The notes under the pieces were generated by a model that ran no database searches, was not told where the DNA came from, and saw only the letters and a program-made list of their open reading frames with translations. Position numbers and translations under genes: made by a program. Below, one piece after another: positions 9,752 through 18,945 of a DNA stretch of 59,541 nt. Each line of letters begins with the position of its first letter. Positions within the stretch are counted from its first letter, which is position 1. The DNA is from Anaerolineae bacterium (GTDB lineage: Bacteria > Chloroflexota > Anaerolineae > 4572-78 > NAK82), in contig JASFBB010000034.1 of NCBI GenBank assembly GCA_036172345.1, positions 1-59,541 of the forward strand, written 5' to 3'.

Positions 9752-11233
9752 CTACGCAGACTCCATCGCTTTTCTCAAGTCTTCCCTCTCCCGACGCGGG
9801 AAAAGTGTGCGATAGGCCAGTCGGAACGTGCGGCGCCAGTTGATCCAAAAATCCTTGCGCAATAGGGTGCGTATGATGCGGTGGGGACGCAGATAGAAAC
9901 GTCGATAGGCTTCACGCCACTTACGCTCGACCAGCTCGGCGGTCAGAGCCCCCATCTCGTAGCGCGCCCTGCCTTCGAAGAAGACATACTCATCCCAGTC
10001 CGTCACCAACATACGACCATGCTCCTTAACGATCTCATACACTCTCGTGCCTGGGTAAGGGGTCATCATAGAGAAATTGGCGATCATGGGATCGAGCTCG
10101 CAAGCAAAGCGGATAGTGCGCTCCATTGTTTCCTCCGTTTCCCCGGGCAAGCCGATGATGAAAAAACCGATCGTCTCCAGGCCAACTTCTTTGGCATTCT
10201 TGAATGCCCGCCGGATTGTATCCATGTCGATGCGTTTGTTGATCGAACGCAAGATTTCCGGATCGCCCGACTCGACCCCGAAGGCGGTGCGCTTCAACCC
10301 GGCCTGTTTCATGCGTGCCAGCAGCTCCTTGGAAGCAAGATCGGCGCGGATGCCGTTGACGAAGATCCAGGGCACATGATTCAGATGATGTTCGATGAGC
10401 AAGTCGGAAAGGCGCATCAGTCGGTCCGCGCGGATGTTGGCGCTGTCGTCCAACACACCGATCTCCTGTGCACCCAGGTCCTCAACCAGATGACGCCACT
10501 CCAACAGGATGTTCTCGGGAGTGCGTGCACGCCATTTTTGCGGCATGATGCTTTGCGAACAATATGTGCAACGGTAGGGACAGCCACGCGAAGTGAGAAT
10601 GCTGAAACTTCGGGCGCCATCCACCGCATCAACGGCCGGTTGCAGGTTGGTGTAGCGTTCCATCTTAAAGTAATGGTAGGCCGGCCAGGGGAGGCCGTCC
10701 AGATCGGCAATGGGCGGTCTCGCGGGATTGTGATGCACATTGCCATCTGCAGTCTGATAGGTAATGCCTTGCACTTGGTCCAGAATACGGGCTTGCGGGT
10801 CAAGCAGCTGGCTGACGGTGAGACGGGGCGCTGCCTGGAGTGCGCGCTCCAGGACGGCGCTCAGTTCCAGCCACGTCTCCTCGCCTTCGCCGCGAACTAC
10901 GATATCCACCTCCGTGCGACTGGCACTCTCCTCCGGCAAAACGGATGGATGCGGACCACCCAGCACGATCGGCACATCCCGCACGTTCTTGATCGCTTGC
11001 GCGGTGCGCCAGGCTTGCTTGACCTGGGGGGTATTGGCTGTGATGCCTACCAAATGGGGTTCGAAACGGCGCACCACATCGACGACACTCTCATCCTCTA
11101 CGTCAGCGTCGAAGACTATCACCTCGTCACCACGTCGTTCTGAAACGGCGGCTAAGTAGGCCAACCCCAGATGAGGTGTCGTGCGCGTGTCGATCGGCAG
11201 ACGAAATCTAGGATTGACCAGCAGAACTCGCAT
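9752..11233 (-). CDS. B12-binding-domain radical SAM enzyme (class B rSAM), paralogue B
   Basis: 493 aa with 'HLVGITANT...IVLGGPHPS' and CX3CX2C motif 'SRGCPYRCTYC', plus 'FGVESGDPEIL' and 'IIGLPGET'. AGGAG lies 9 nt before the ATG. Confidence 0.85.
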   Translation of the reverse strand: MRVLLVNPRFRLPIDTRTTPHLGLAYLAAVSERRGDEVIVFDADVEDESVVDVVRRFEPHLVGITANTPQVKQAWRTAQAIKNVRDVPIVLGGPHPSVLPEESASRTEVDIVVRGEGEETWLELSAVLERALQAAPRLTVSQLLDPQARILDQVQGITYQTADGNVHHNPARPPIADLDGLPWPAYHYFKMERYTNLQPAVDAVDGARSFSILTSRGCPYRCTYCSQSIMPQKWRARTPENILLEWRHLVEDLGAQEIGVLDDSANIRADRLMRLSDLLIEHHLNHVPWIFVNGIRADLASKELLARMKQAGLKRTAFGVESGDPEILRSINKRIDMDTIRRAFKNAKEVGLETIGFFIIGLPGETEETMERTIRFACELDPMIANFSMMTPYPGTRVYEIVKEHGRMLVTDWDEYVFFEGRARYEMGALTAELVERKWREAYRRFYLRPHRIIRTLLRKDFWINWRRTFRLAYRTLFPRREREDLRKAMESA

Positions 11234-11316
11234 ATCAGCGTTTCTCCTAAGAAGGTTTACAGGTGATAAACTTCAGCACCTTGTTGGATCGTCCTTTCTG
11301 TTGACCAACATACTCT

Positions 11317-11346
11317 ATTTTACCCGATCACCCGAAGGGGCGTCAA
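11317..11346 (-). promoter_or_regulatory. sigma70-type promoter of the rSAM-lipoprotein-rSAM operon
   Basis: Minus strand reads TTGACG (11346-11341), 18 nt, TAAAAT (11322-11317), about 75 nt upstream of ATG 11233. Confidence 0.5.
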
Positions 11347-11544
11347 AAGCAAATAGCAACTGGGTGTATTTCAAATTGGGGGCGAATGGAAACAGTGGCC
11401 CAGAGTTGCGGTGGCTATTTGAGCCGCGACTGTCAGGGAACGGTATTTCTGCCGCTTGCTCACGCGCGCGGCTCGGTTTGAACCCCGTCTCTCCCCGAAA
11501 ATGAAATGCACATTAGCAACTACAGCGAGCAGGGAGATTGGAGA

Positions 11545-12033
11545 TCAGTCGCCCAGAAAGCTATCCAGATTGAGAAGGGCGTATAACACCGACGCAGCAG
11601 GGATAAGCGCGGCACAGATCACACCTGGATAGTCCGGCTGCGGCACCAGAAGTCCCACTAGGGGTATGATCAGAGTGAGCAACAGGCCGAACATCAAGCT
11701 TCCGTATAGGCCACCGATGTGCCGTCCGAACACCAACAGGGCCAACGCCAAGCTGATCACGCTACAGGCAAACAGGAACACAGCCGCTCCCAACCAAGCG
11801 AGATGATGGGTCGCAAGGGTTGACCAGCTCTCATCTGTGCCCAGGAGAATCCCCATAAAACGGATCGCGCTCAACACACTGCTCATGGCGAAAAAGAATG
11901 CGGTCCCGACCCAGAATGCCACCAATGGCCACAGACGCGGATGGCTTATGAACGAGTGGGGGCGTACAAATGGGCGCGGAGCTGGGATGAGCCGGGTATC
12001 GTGATCGGATGGGGTTGGCACGGCGTGTGTCAT
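11545..12033 (-). CDS. hypothetical integral membrane protein (about 4 TM segments)
   Basis: 162 aa with four long hydrophobic stretches. It lies co-directionally downstream of fmt. No recognisable family. Confidence 0.5.
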   Translation of the reverse strand: MTHAVPTPSDHDTRLIPAPRPFVRPHSFISHPRLWPLVAFWVGTAFFFAMSSVLSAIRFMGILLGTDESWSTLATHHLAWLGAAVFLFACSVISLALALLVFGRHIGGLYGSLMFGLLLTLIIPLVGLLVPQPDYPGVICAALIPAASVLYALLNLDSFLGD

Positions 12034-12106
12034 ACCTCTCCCCAGCCACTATGCATCTGAGGAATTGGGAGCAAGAGATGGCTCATCGTCACACGACCAG
12101 AGACGG

Positions 12107-13057
12107 TTAGAGTAACCGGCTGCCGATGAATTCGCGTGCGCCGCGTGCGAATTCTGTTGCCGTCATGGGACGCCGTCCTGCCAGTTGTACTTCCAGCAAC
12201 CGCACCATTCCTGCACCAGTGAGTACGCATATCCCTTCGGGTGTTGTCATCACAGTGCCCGGCGGATGAGCGGATGGATCGGCTACCTCCGGCGAAGCCG
12301 GCATAGCTCGTGCCTTGAGGATTTTGAGCGGGACACCACGCCATTCCGTGAAGGTGCCTGGCCATGGGTGAAATGCGCGCACCTGGCGTGCAATGAACTC
12401 CGCAGGCTGTTCCCAATGGATGTGCCCCTGCTCTTTTTTGAGCGGCGGCGCCCAGGTGACCTGTGTCTCATCCTGCGGACAGGGGGTTATACGCCCGGCC
12501 AACCAGTCGGGCAGCGTCTGGCCCAACAAGGAGGCACCCAGCTGGCTCAACTTGTGGGTCAGCGTCTCCTGTGTGTCATCTGGCGCGATGGGTAGCTCGG
12601 CCTGGCGGATGATCGGCCCGCTGTCCAGGCCGGCATCCATTTGCATCAGGGTGACCCCCGTGCGTTCGTCACCCGCCAGAATCGCTGCGGCAACCGGGGC
12701 AGCACCGCGCCAGCGCGGCAGCAGTGAGGCGTGTACATTGATGCACCCATGCGGCGGCAGCTCCAATACGGCTGGTGGAAGCAGCATGCCAAACGCAGCC
12801 ACCACGATCACATCTGCTTGCCAGGAACGCAGCTGTTCCACAACCTCATCCTGCCGCAACGAAGAAGGGGTAATCACCGGTAGATGATGTTGCGATGCCA
12901 ACTTATGCACTGGTGAGGGTCGCATTTGAAGACCGCGCCCGCTGGGACGTTCCATTTGGGTTACCACGCCGACCACTTGGCCCATGTCCAACAATACCTG
13001 CAAGCTGGGCAAGGCAAATTTAGGTGTCCCCATAAAGACGACACGTGGACGGGACAT
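12107..13057 (-). CDS. fmt: methionyl-tRNA formyltransferase
   Basis: 316 aa with 'VVFMGTPKFALPSL' and 'INVHASLLPRWRGAAP'. Its start codon overlaps the murI stop. Confidence 0.92.
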   Translation of the reverse strand: MSRPRVVFMGTPKFALPSLQVLLDMGQVVGVVTQMERPSGRGLQMRPSPVHKLASQHHLPVITPSSLRQDEVVEQLRSWQADVIVVAAFGMLLPPAVLELPPHGCINVHASLLPRWRGAAPVAAAILAGDERTGVTLMQMDAGLDSGPIIRQAELPIAPDDTQETLTHKLSQLGASLLGQTLPDWLAGRITPCPQDETQVTWAPPLKKEQGHIHWEQPAEFIARQVRAFHPWPGTFTEWRGVPLKILKARAMPASPEVADPSAHPPGTVMTTPEGICVLTGAGMVRLLEVQLAGRRPMTATEFARGAREFIGSRLL

Positions 13058-13923
13058 TACCCTTGCTCCTCAGCCGAGCATATACTCCGCTCACAGTGGT
13101 CGCAAATGAGGCTAAGACGACCGGCGCGCCAGGTAAGACGCTCCACTGGCCACTCTCGACCGGTAGAGCGCATCAGCAACAATTGGAGCACGTCCGGTGC
13201 AGCGGTGACGAAGAAACGATGCTCCGACGGGCTACCCTCGGGGTAGCTGTTCCCTGCGCCAAGTGCGTGCACACAACGCTCAACCTGACGTGCCACAGCT
13301 TCTGCCGGGTCGATCACCGTCACGTCAGGGGGTAAAATGCGCTGCATAACCGGTAACAGGAAGGGGTAGTGCGTGCAACCCAACACCAGCTGATCCACCC
13401 CGGCGTCTATCATAGGTTGTAGGCAGTTGCGCAATAGCTGCTCAGTCTCCGGCGCATCGATCTGACCCTGCTCCACGCACTGGACCAAGCGATCATCCGT
13501 TTGGATGTGCAGAGCTACATCGCGCGCATAGCGCACCGCCGTGGCGCGAAATAAAGCACCTTTCAAGGTGCCATGGGTCGCCAATACGCCAATATGACCG
13601 CTACGCGTCTGCTGCGCAGCCGGCTTCACCGCTGGTTCCAGACCCACAAAGGGCACGGAGAAACGTGCACGCAGCCACTGCAACGCTGCTGCTGAGGCGG
13701 TGTTACATGCCACCACAATCAACTTTGCGCCCTGCGCTAACAGAAACCGCGTGATCGCTGCAGAGAAACGGCGCAGTTCACGGGGTGGCCGCGGGCCATA
13801 TGGGCAGTGCGCATTATCCGCCACATAGAGCGTCGCGCAGGTTGGCAAGCGACGTTGCACTGCTTGCCAGATGGATAATCCTCCCACACCTGAGTCAAAA
13901 AATCCGATGGTGATAGAATGCAT
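13057..13923 (-). CDS. murI: glutamate racemase
   Basis: 288 aa with 'GFFDSGVGGLS' and both catalytic Cys motifs, 'VVACNTASA' and 'LGCTHYPF'. Confidence 0.92.
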   Translation of the reverse strand: MHSITIGFFDSGVGGLSIWQAVQRRLPTCATLYVADNAHCPYGPRPPRELRRFSAAITRFLLAQGAKLIVVACNTASAAALQWLRARFSVPFVGLEPAVKPAAQQTRSGHIGVLATHGTLKGALFRATAVRYARDVALHIQTDDRLVQCVEQGQIDAPETEQLLRNCLQPMIDAGVDQLVLGCTHYPFLLPVMQRILPPDVTVIDPAEAVARQVERCVHALGAGNSYPEGSPSEHRFFVTAAPDVLQLLLMRSTGREWPVERLTWRAGRLSLICDHCERSICSAEEQG

Positions 13924-13935
13924 CAGTGACGACGC

Positions 13936-14616
13936 TCATACGCTCGATTCGGCCTGACGTTTCTCCGCGCCGCCATAGACACCGCGCAGGTCCTCGCGCA
14001 CCAGGGCGGCGATGCGCTGCATCACCAGATCACTGAGCGCCTGGAGCTGCTCACTCTTCCGTGGTCCTTGTATCTGCGGCAGTATGAAAGGTTCCCCTAC
14101 GCGCACTACGATATGGGGTCGCCGGAAACGTTTCCATTCAGTTGTCAGCTTCTCCTGGCCGGAGATGCCCACCGGTATGATGGGCACGCTCGCCTTGGTG
14201 GCTAGATAGGCAATACCGGGCTTGGCACGTTGCATCACGCCGGTGCGGCTGCGCGTGCCCTCAGGAGCGATCCCCAACACCCCACCATTCTGCAATACAG
14301 CCAGGCAACGTTGCAGAGCTTCACGATCCACCTCGCCACGGCGCACATAAATGCCACCGTCCATCTTCACCAGCCAGCTGATCGGCCACGAGCCAGCCCA
14401 CTTCTCTCCGATGAGTACTGTTATATGGCGCAACGGGAGCGCCAGCATCACCAGCGGTGGGTCGACATAGTGCAGATGATTGACTGCGACGATCAACGGC
14501 CCCTTGGTTGGCAGGTTGGGCGGGCGGTGGAATTCACAGCGCGTTAGCAGCTTCGCCAACACCCAAAATATCGCCCGTAACAGTTGATACAAGATCACAT
14601 TATACCAACGTGGCAT
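13936..14616 (-). CDS. plsC: 1-acyl-sn-glycerol-3-phosphate acyltransferase
   Basis: HX4D motif 'NHLHYVDPP' and 'IAPEGTRS'. Start placed at ATG 14616, which has GGAGGA upstream, rather than the GTG at 14643. Confidence 0.85.
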   Translation of the reverse strand: MPRWYNVILYQLLRAIFWVLAKLLTRCEFHRPPNLPTKGPLIVAVNHLHYVDPPLVMLALPLRHITVLIGEKWAGSWPISWLVKMDGGIYVRRGEVDREALQRCLAVLQNGGVLGIAPEGTRSRTGVMQRAKPGIAYLATKASVPIIPVGISGQEKLTTEWKRFRRPHIVVRVGEPFILPQIQGPRKSEQLQALSDLVMQRIAALVREDLRGVYGGAEKRQAESSV

Positions 14617-14669
14617 AGAGATCCTCCATCCTTTCCCTTCCACAACTTAAATGTTCCAAAATGGAACCA

Positions 14670-15644
14670 TTATGGCGGCAACTGGCCCTGAGCAAGAATC
14701 GAATACGTCACCACTGGACTGCCTATCATGATCAGCTCCACTTGGAAAGGTGTGATCGCTGTAGCGCGCAAGAGCGTGACATCCAGTGGTGCCTGGCGCA
14801 CCGCCGCCACTCGTCCTTGTTCATCGTAGCCGGTAACCAACACGCGTACATGCGTTGCGTCACTGTCGCCCACATTACGCAGCTGGCCGCTCACACGATA
14901 GGTTGTCGCGCTGAGCACCTCACCGCGCACACCGCTGACGAGCAAGTCAAAATAATAACCCATCGCAGACATATAGGGAATCCCGCTCAGCACTGACGCT
15001 TGATATTGGGCAAATCGGGAGGGCGGGTCAGTAAAATGAATGGCAAAAGCAACCGCTTGGCGCGGTGGCACCACATCCAGCTGAAGATATCCTCTCTCAG
15101 CTGCTAGTTGCTGACCTTCTCCATCCAAAAGTGCCACCTGCATCAAAACGTTAGTCACTGGCATAGTACCCGGGTTGTACACCTCGCCCAGCACCCACAA
15201 ACCTTCGGCTGGCGTGCGCTGAAAGTTCACCTTTTGCACCTCCAAAGGAAGAGGCGTGGGGGTGGGCCAAGAGGATTCTGGAGTCTCGTCTTGCGGTGCC
15301 GGAATGATCAATACTCGCCCCAACTGGAGACGACGCGGGTCAATGATGCCATTCGCCTCTTGAATCGACTGCACCGAGACGCCGAACTGAGCAGCGATAG
15401 CCAACAGAGTATCGCCCGGTTGCACCGTATACAGGACAGGCGTAGGAGTCACTGTGGGTGTGAAGGTCGGTATAGGTGTCATAGGCACCAAGGTAAAAGT
15501 GGGGCGTGATATAGGCGCCAAGGTTACCGTGGCGCTCGGCAGAGCAACCACAGGGGTACCGGTTGGCACCGGCGTGATGATCTGGCCACAACTGACCGCT
15601 AACAGAGCGAAAACCATCACAGGCAGAGTTGATAATTTCCTCAT
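14670..15644 (-). CDS. LysM-domain lipoprotein
   Basis: Signal peptide and lipobox 'LLAVSC', a Thr/Pro linker, then LysM 'YTVQPGDTLLAIAAQFGVSVQSIQEANGI'. The C-terminal ~200 aa are unassigned. Confidence 0.8.
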   Translation of the reverse strand: MRKLSTLPVMVFALLAVSCGQIITPVPTGTPVVALPSATVTLAPISRPTFTLVPMTPIPTFTPTVTPTPVLYTVQPGDTLLAIAAQFGVSVQSIQEANGIIDPRRLQLGRVLIIPAPQDETPESSWPTPTPLPLEVQKVNFQRTPAEGLWVLGEVYNPGTMPVTNVLMQVALLDGEGQQLAAERGYLQLDVVPPRQAVAFAIHFTDPPSRFAQYQASVLSGIPYMSAMGYYFDLLVSGVRGEVLSATTYRVSGQLRNVGDSDATHVRVLVTGYDEQGRVAAVRQAPLDVTLLRATAITPFQVELIMIGSPVVTYSILAQGQLPP

Positions 15645-15655
15645 ATGCCGTGCAC

Positions 15656-15684
15656 ATTATATACCGACTGTTCCGATATGAAAA
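15656..15684 (-). promoter_or_regulatory. candidate promoter of the LysM-plsC-murI-fmt operon (near-leaderless)
   Basis: Minus strand reads TTTTCA (15684-15679), 17 nt, TATAAT (15661-15656). The -10 ends 11 nt before ATG 15644, and no SD is present. Confidence 0.35.
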
Positions 15685-15687
15685 TCC

Positions 15688-15716
15688 TTGACATAGAACA
15701 CATGTTCGTGTACAAT
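15688..15716 (+). promoter_or_regulatory. lexA promoter
   Basis: TTGACA (15688-15693), 17 nt, TACAAT (15711-15716). Confidence 0.7.
15696..15707 (+). promoter_or_regulatory. LexA operator (Cheo/Gram-positive-type SOS box GAAC-N4-GTTC)
   Basis: The perfect palindrome GAACACATGTTC (context aGAACACATGTTCg) sits inside the lexA promoter spacer. Confidence 0.75.
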
Positions 15717-15775
15717 ATACATTAGGAAGCCTATTATTGAGGTGAAAGTAAGGAATGTCAGGGAGGAGATAAAAG

Positions 15776-16414
15776 GTGGCACTCTCAGAACGCCAGAGAC
15801 GCATTATCGAGTACATTCAAGAGTTTACCCTGCGCAACGGATATCCACCTACTATCCGCCAGATCGGGGATGCAGTGGGTATTTCCTCAACTTCGGTGGT
15901 GAACTACAACTTGAATGCACTAGAACGGGCTGGTTATCTCACACGGGATCGCACTATATCGCGTGGTATCAGGCTGGTTTCCCCGGAGCAAAGGTTGACC
16001 CCATGGGATAAGTTGGTTGCGGTGCCCCTGTTGGGGCGCATTGTCGCTGGTGAGCCTATCCCAGTGCCTGAAGGGAACATCCCCGAAGAAATGATCGAAG
16101 TCCCACGCAGCTTGTTGCCCAGCTCTTCCTATTCCACGGTGTATGCATTGCGTGTGCGCGGTGATTCTATGATCGACGCCCTGATCAACGATGATGACAT
16201 TGTGCTGATGCAACGTCAGGAGACAGCCGAAAACGGGGACATGGTAGCTGCTTGGTTGATAAACGAACAAGCCACCACACTCAAACGCTTCTATCATGAG
16301 GGTGACCGCATCCGGCTACAGCCTGAGAATCGCCAAATGCAGCCAATCTATGTGCACCCGTCCAACCTGCTGGTCCAGGGAAAGGTTGTAGGTGTAATAC
16401 GCTGGGTGGAATGA
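15776..16414 (+). CDS. lexA: LexA repressor
   Basis: GTG start after GGGAGGAG. wHTH 'GYPPTIRQIGDAVGISSTSVVNYNLNALERAGYL', cleavage site 'VAGEP', and Ser/Lys dyad 'VRGDSM' ... 'LKR'. Confidence 0.95.
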   Translation: MALSERQRRIIEYIQEFTLRNGYPPTIRQIGDAVGISSTSVVNYNLNALERAGYLTRDRTISRGIRLVSPEQRLTPWDKLVAVPLLGRIVAGEPIPVPEGNIPEEMIEVPRSLLPSSSYSTVYALRVRGDSMIDALINDDDIVLMQRQETAENGDMVAAWLINEQATTLKRFYHEGDRIRLQPENRQMQPIYVHPSNLLVQGKVVGVIRWVE

Positions 16415-16448
16415 CTTCCAGAATCTCCATTCCGTATTTTTTAATTTT
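16408..16448 (+). terminator. rho-independent terminator of lexA
   Basis: Stem GGAATG (16408-16413) pairs with CATTCC (16428-16433). It is followed by gta-TTTTTT-aa-TTTT and overlaps the TGA stop. Confidence 0.6.
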
Positions 16449-16555
16449 ATAAGAGGTGCGGGAGAACATCAGAAAATGCCCGAGTCGCTCATCCTGGTGA
16501 GTTCATCCCGCTACGCAGAACGAAGCACCCCTTAGATGCGCATATCGACTTCTGC

Positions 16556-16584
16556 TTGTGCGACATACCAGCCTTAAGTATAAT
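16556..16584 (+). promoter_or_regulatory. candidate promoter of the AI-2E transporter gene
   Basis: TTGTGC (16556-16561), 17 nt, TATAAT (16579-16584). Confidence 0.45.
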
Positions 16585-16640
16585 CTTAAAAGCTAAACTC
16601 AAACAGGACACAATTGCGCAATACTAATACAGGTAGTACT

Positions 16641-18098
16641 ATGGCCCAGAGCAGCAGGACGCAGTGGGGTCCCGCCACCAAGCGGATTGTGGCGGTCGTG
16701 TGCGTGTTGATCGCGCTGCTCATCCTTTACCTCGGACGTTCCTTGATCCCGTTCATTGTGTTAGCGGCGATCCTCGCCTTCTTGCTGGATCCCATCGTAA
16801 CTTTTCTGTGCAAACTTGCCCGATTTCCGCGCTGGGCAGCGGTGGCGATTGCTTACATCACGCTGCTCGTCATCCTTGCTCTGATCATCTTGTGGGGAAT
16901 CCCGGCGCTCGTGAATGCCATCCGTCAGGCAAACATCGACCTACCCAGATTGGTAATGCACATTGTCATTGAGCTGCGCCGGTGGCTGGAAAGCGTTCGT
17001 TTCGTCCAGTTTATGGATTTCAGTGCCGATCTCTCTCCCATCGTCGATCCTGCCTTGGAAGCGCTGAACGGAGTAGTGCCGCCGCGTGTTATACCGTCCC
17101 CTGAGCGCATTCTGGAATCGCTCCCCTCCGCTTTGGAAGTGGCAACCGGTTTCGCTTCCACTGTCGTGAGCACCGTGCTCTCCGCGATTCTGGCGTTCAT
17201 CTTCACACTAATTTATTCGATCTATCTCAGCTTGGACATGCCACGGATCACCCGTTGGGTACTCGAGGCAATTCCCCCCGCTTATCGTGAAGAGATGTCC
17301 CAATTGGGCAGCATGATCCGCCAAGTCTGGATCGCTTATCTGCGCGGCCAGCTGCTCTTATGTGGGATCATCGGGACAGCAGTAGGGTTGGGCACCGCCG
17401 TGTTAGGACTGCGCGGTGCCGTGTTGTTGGGCATTCTAGCCGGTATCTTAGAAGTGTTGCCCACCATCGGGCCTGTCACAGCAGCCATTCCAGCGGTTAT
17501 CATAGCTTTAGTGCAGGGATCTACCGTATTGCCCGTCTCTAACTTCTTCTTCGCCGTCTTGGTGGCGCTCTTCTACTGGGTCATTCAGCAGCTGGAGAAC
17601 AACCTTATCGTGCCGCGCGTCATTGGAAATGCCATCAAGGTGCATCCCATCCTGGTGATGGCCGCGGTGGTGATCGGCGCCAGTGTGGCCGGCATCTTCG
17701 GAGCGCTCATCGCCTCGCCTATTCTGGCCACCGGACGCGTGTTGGCACACTACGTCTACTGCAAGCTGCTGGATATTCCCCCTTTCCCGCCCGAACAGCC
17801 GGTTATCGCGTCCAAGCCAGAACGTCCACCACTCGTTCATATGAGCAGGGCTTGGTTTACGAACACATATACCAGGATGGCGAATATCTCAAGCAAAGTG
17901 TTCTGTACACTTTCGCCCGTTATACTTCGGATCGCACACCTGACCATACGTCTGGTGAGCTGGCTGTGGCCAAGATTGGTGCGCATGACGATATGGAGCT
18001 GGTCCACGCTTAAACGCATCCTGCCGCGTGTTTATGCGGTGGCTGCGCGCGCTGCTATAAATCTCTATCTTTCGGTGCGTAGTGGAATGAGCACCTGA
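16641..18098 (+). CDS. AI-2E family transporter (PerM/YhhT-like) with ~100-aa C-terminal extension
   Basis: Multi-TM protein with 'LLGILAGILEVLPTIGP' and 'QQLENNLIVPRVIG', typical of the AI-2E/UPF0118 family. ATG 16641 is preferred over TTG 16614. Confidence 0.82.
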   Translation: MAQSSRTQWGPATKRIVAVVCVLIALLILYLGRSLIPFIVLAAILAFLLDPIVTFLCKLARFPRWAAVAIAYITLLVILALIILWGIPALVNAIRQANIDLPRLVMHIVIELRRWLESVRFVQFMDFSADLSPIVDPALEALNGVVPPRVIPSPERILESLPSALEVATGFASTVVSTVLSAILAFIFTLIYSIYLSLDMPRITRWVLEAIPPAYREEMSQLGSMIRQVWIAYLRGQLLLCGIIGTAVGLGTAVLGLRGAVLLGILAGILEVLPTIGPVTAAIPAVIIALVQGSTVLPVSNFFFAVLVALFYWVIQQLENNLIVPRVIGNAIKVHPILVMAAVVIGASVAGIFGALIASPILATGRVLAHYVYCKLLDIPPFPPEQPVIASKPERPPLVHMSRAWFTNTYTRMANISSKVFCTLSPVILRIAHLTIRLVSWLWPRLVRMTIWSWSTLKRILPRVYAVAARAAINLYLSVRSGMST

Positions 18099-18180
18099 AT
18101 CAGCGTCCCCCGTTCCCAAGGCAGCAAGCTGTCAACATTGTCGTCCTTCATATAACTAACCCAAGGAGGTAATCCACATT

Positions 18181-18945
18181 ATGGAAATTCGCTTCGACGG
18201 TCAGGTGGTACTAGTCACCGGTGCCAGCACCGGTATCGGCGCTGCCATAGCAAAAGCGTTCGGTGCCTCAGGCGCTCAGGTCATTGTCCACTACAATAGT
18301 GGTGCTGCAGCGGCACGCTCAGTCGCCGACGCCATCACGTCAGCAAACGGGTCGGCAACGTTGATGCAGGCGGATATGACCAGGCTGGACGAAATCAAAC
18401 GCTTGGTGGATGCGGTGCTGGAAAAGTTCGCGCGCATCGACGTGCTGATCAACAATGCCGGCGGATTGGTGGAACGCAATCCGGCGGATACCACCCCTGA
18501 TGAGATTTACGAGCGTATTATGGATCTCAACGTGCGCTCGATCTTTCAAATGTGCAAGCTCGTGATACCTGTTATGAAGCGCCAGGGGCATGGCAATATC
18601 ATCAATGTGACATCTGTCGCGGCACGCACTGGCGGCGGTGGCGGGTCAGTTGTCTACGCAGCAGCAAAAGGGGCGGTGGTCTCTTTCACGCGCGGGTTGG
18701 CGCGGGAGCTAGCGCCATATAACATCCGCGTCAATGCCCTATCTCCGGGCCTGATTCTCACCCCCTTCCACGAGCGCTGGACTCCCCCAGCCATGATGGA
18801 AACCCTGATCAAATCGGTACCGATGGGCCGCGCCGGCGCAGCCGAGGAATGTGTCGGGGCCGTGTTGTTCCTGGCCAGTGACCAGATGAGCAGCTACGTC
18901 ACCGGCCAGGTGATCGAAGTGAATGGTGGGATGTTGATGCGGTGA
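18181..18945 (+). CDS. SDR-family oxidoreductase (FabG-like)
   Basis: 254 aa with 'VTGASTGIGAAIA', 'NNAG' and 'YAAAKGA'. AGGAGG SD. Confidence 0.9.
   Translation: MEIRFDGQVVLVTGASTGIGAAIAKAFGASGAQVIVHYNSGAAAARSVADAITSANGSATLMQADMTRLDEIKRLVDAVLEKFARIDVLINNAGGLVERNPADTTPDEIYERIMDLNVRSIFQMCKLVIPVMKRQGHGNIINVTSVAARTGGGGGSVVYAAAKGAVVSFTRGLARELAPYNIRVNALSPGLILTPFHERWTPPAMMETLIKSVPMGRAGAAEECVGAVLFLASDQMSSYVTGQVIEVNGGMLMR

Noticed and set aside
9881-11143. 420-aa ORF on the plus strand, antisense to radical-SAM paralogue B
   Set aside because: The minus-strand frame carries unambiguous rSAM motifs (CX3CX2C, GGPHPS). The antisense product has no motifs, no SD, and the composition typical of a shadow ORF in GC-rich DNA.
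11234-11544. Possible cobalamin riboswitch or RiPP precursor upstream of the B12-rSAM operon
   Set aside because: I found no B12-box-like consensus on the minus strand. The only small ORFs (12 and 17 codons) lack SD sites and any leader/core-like features.
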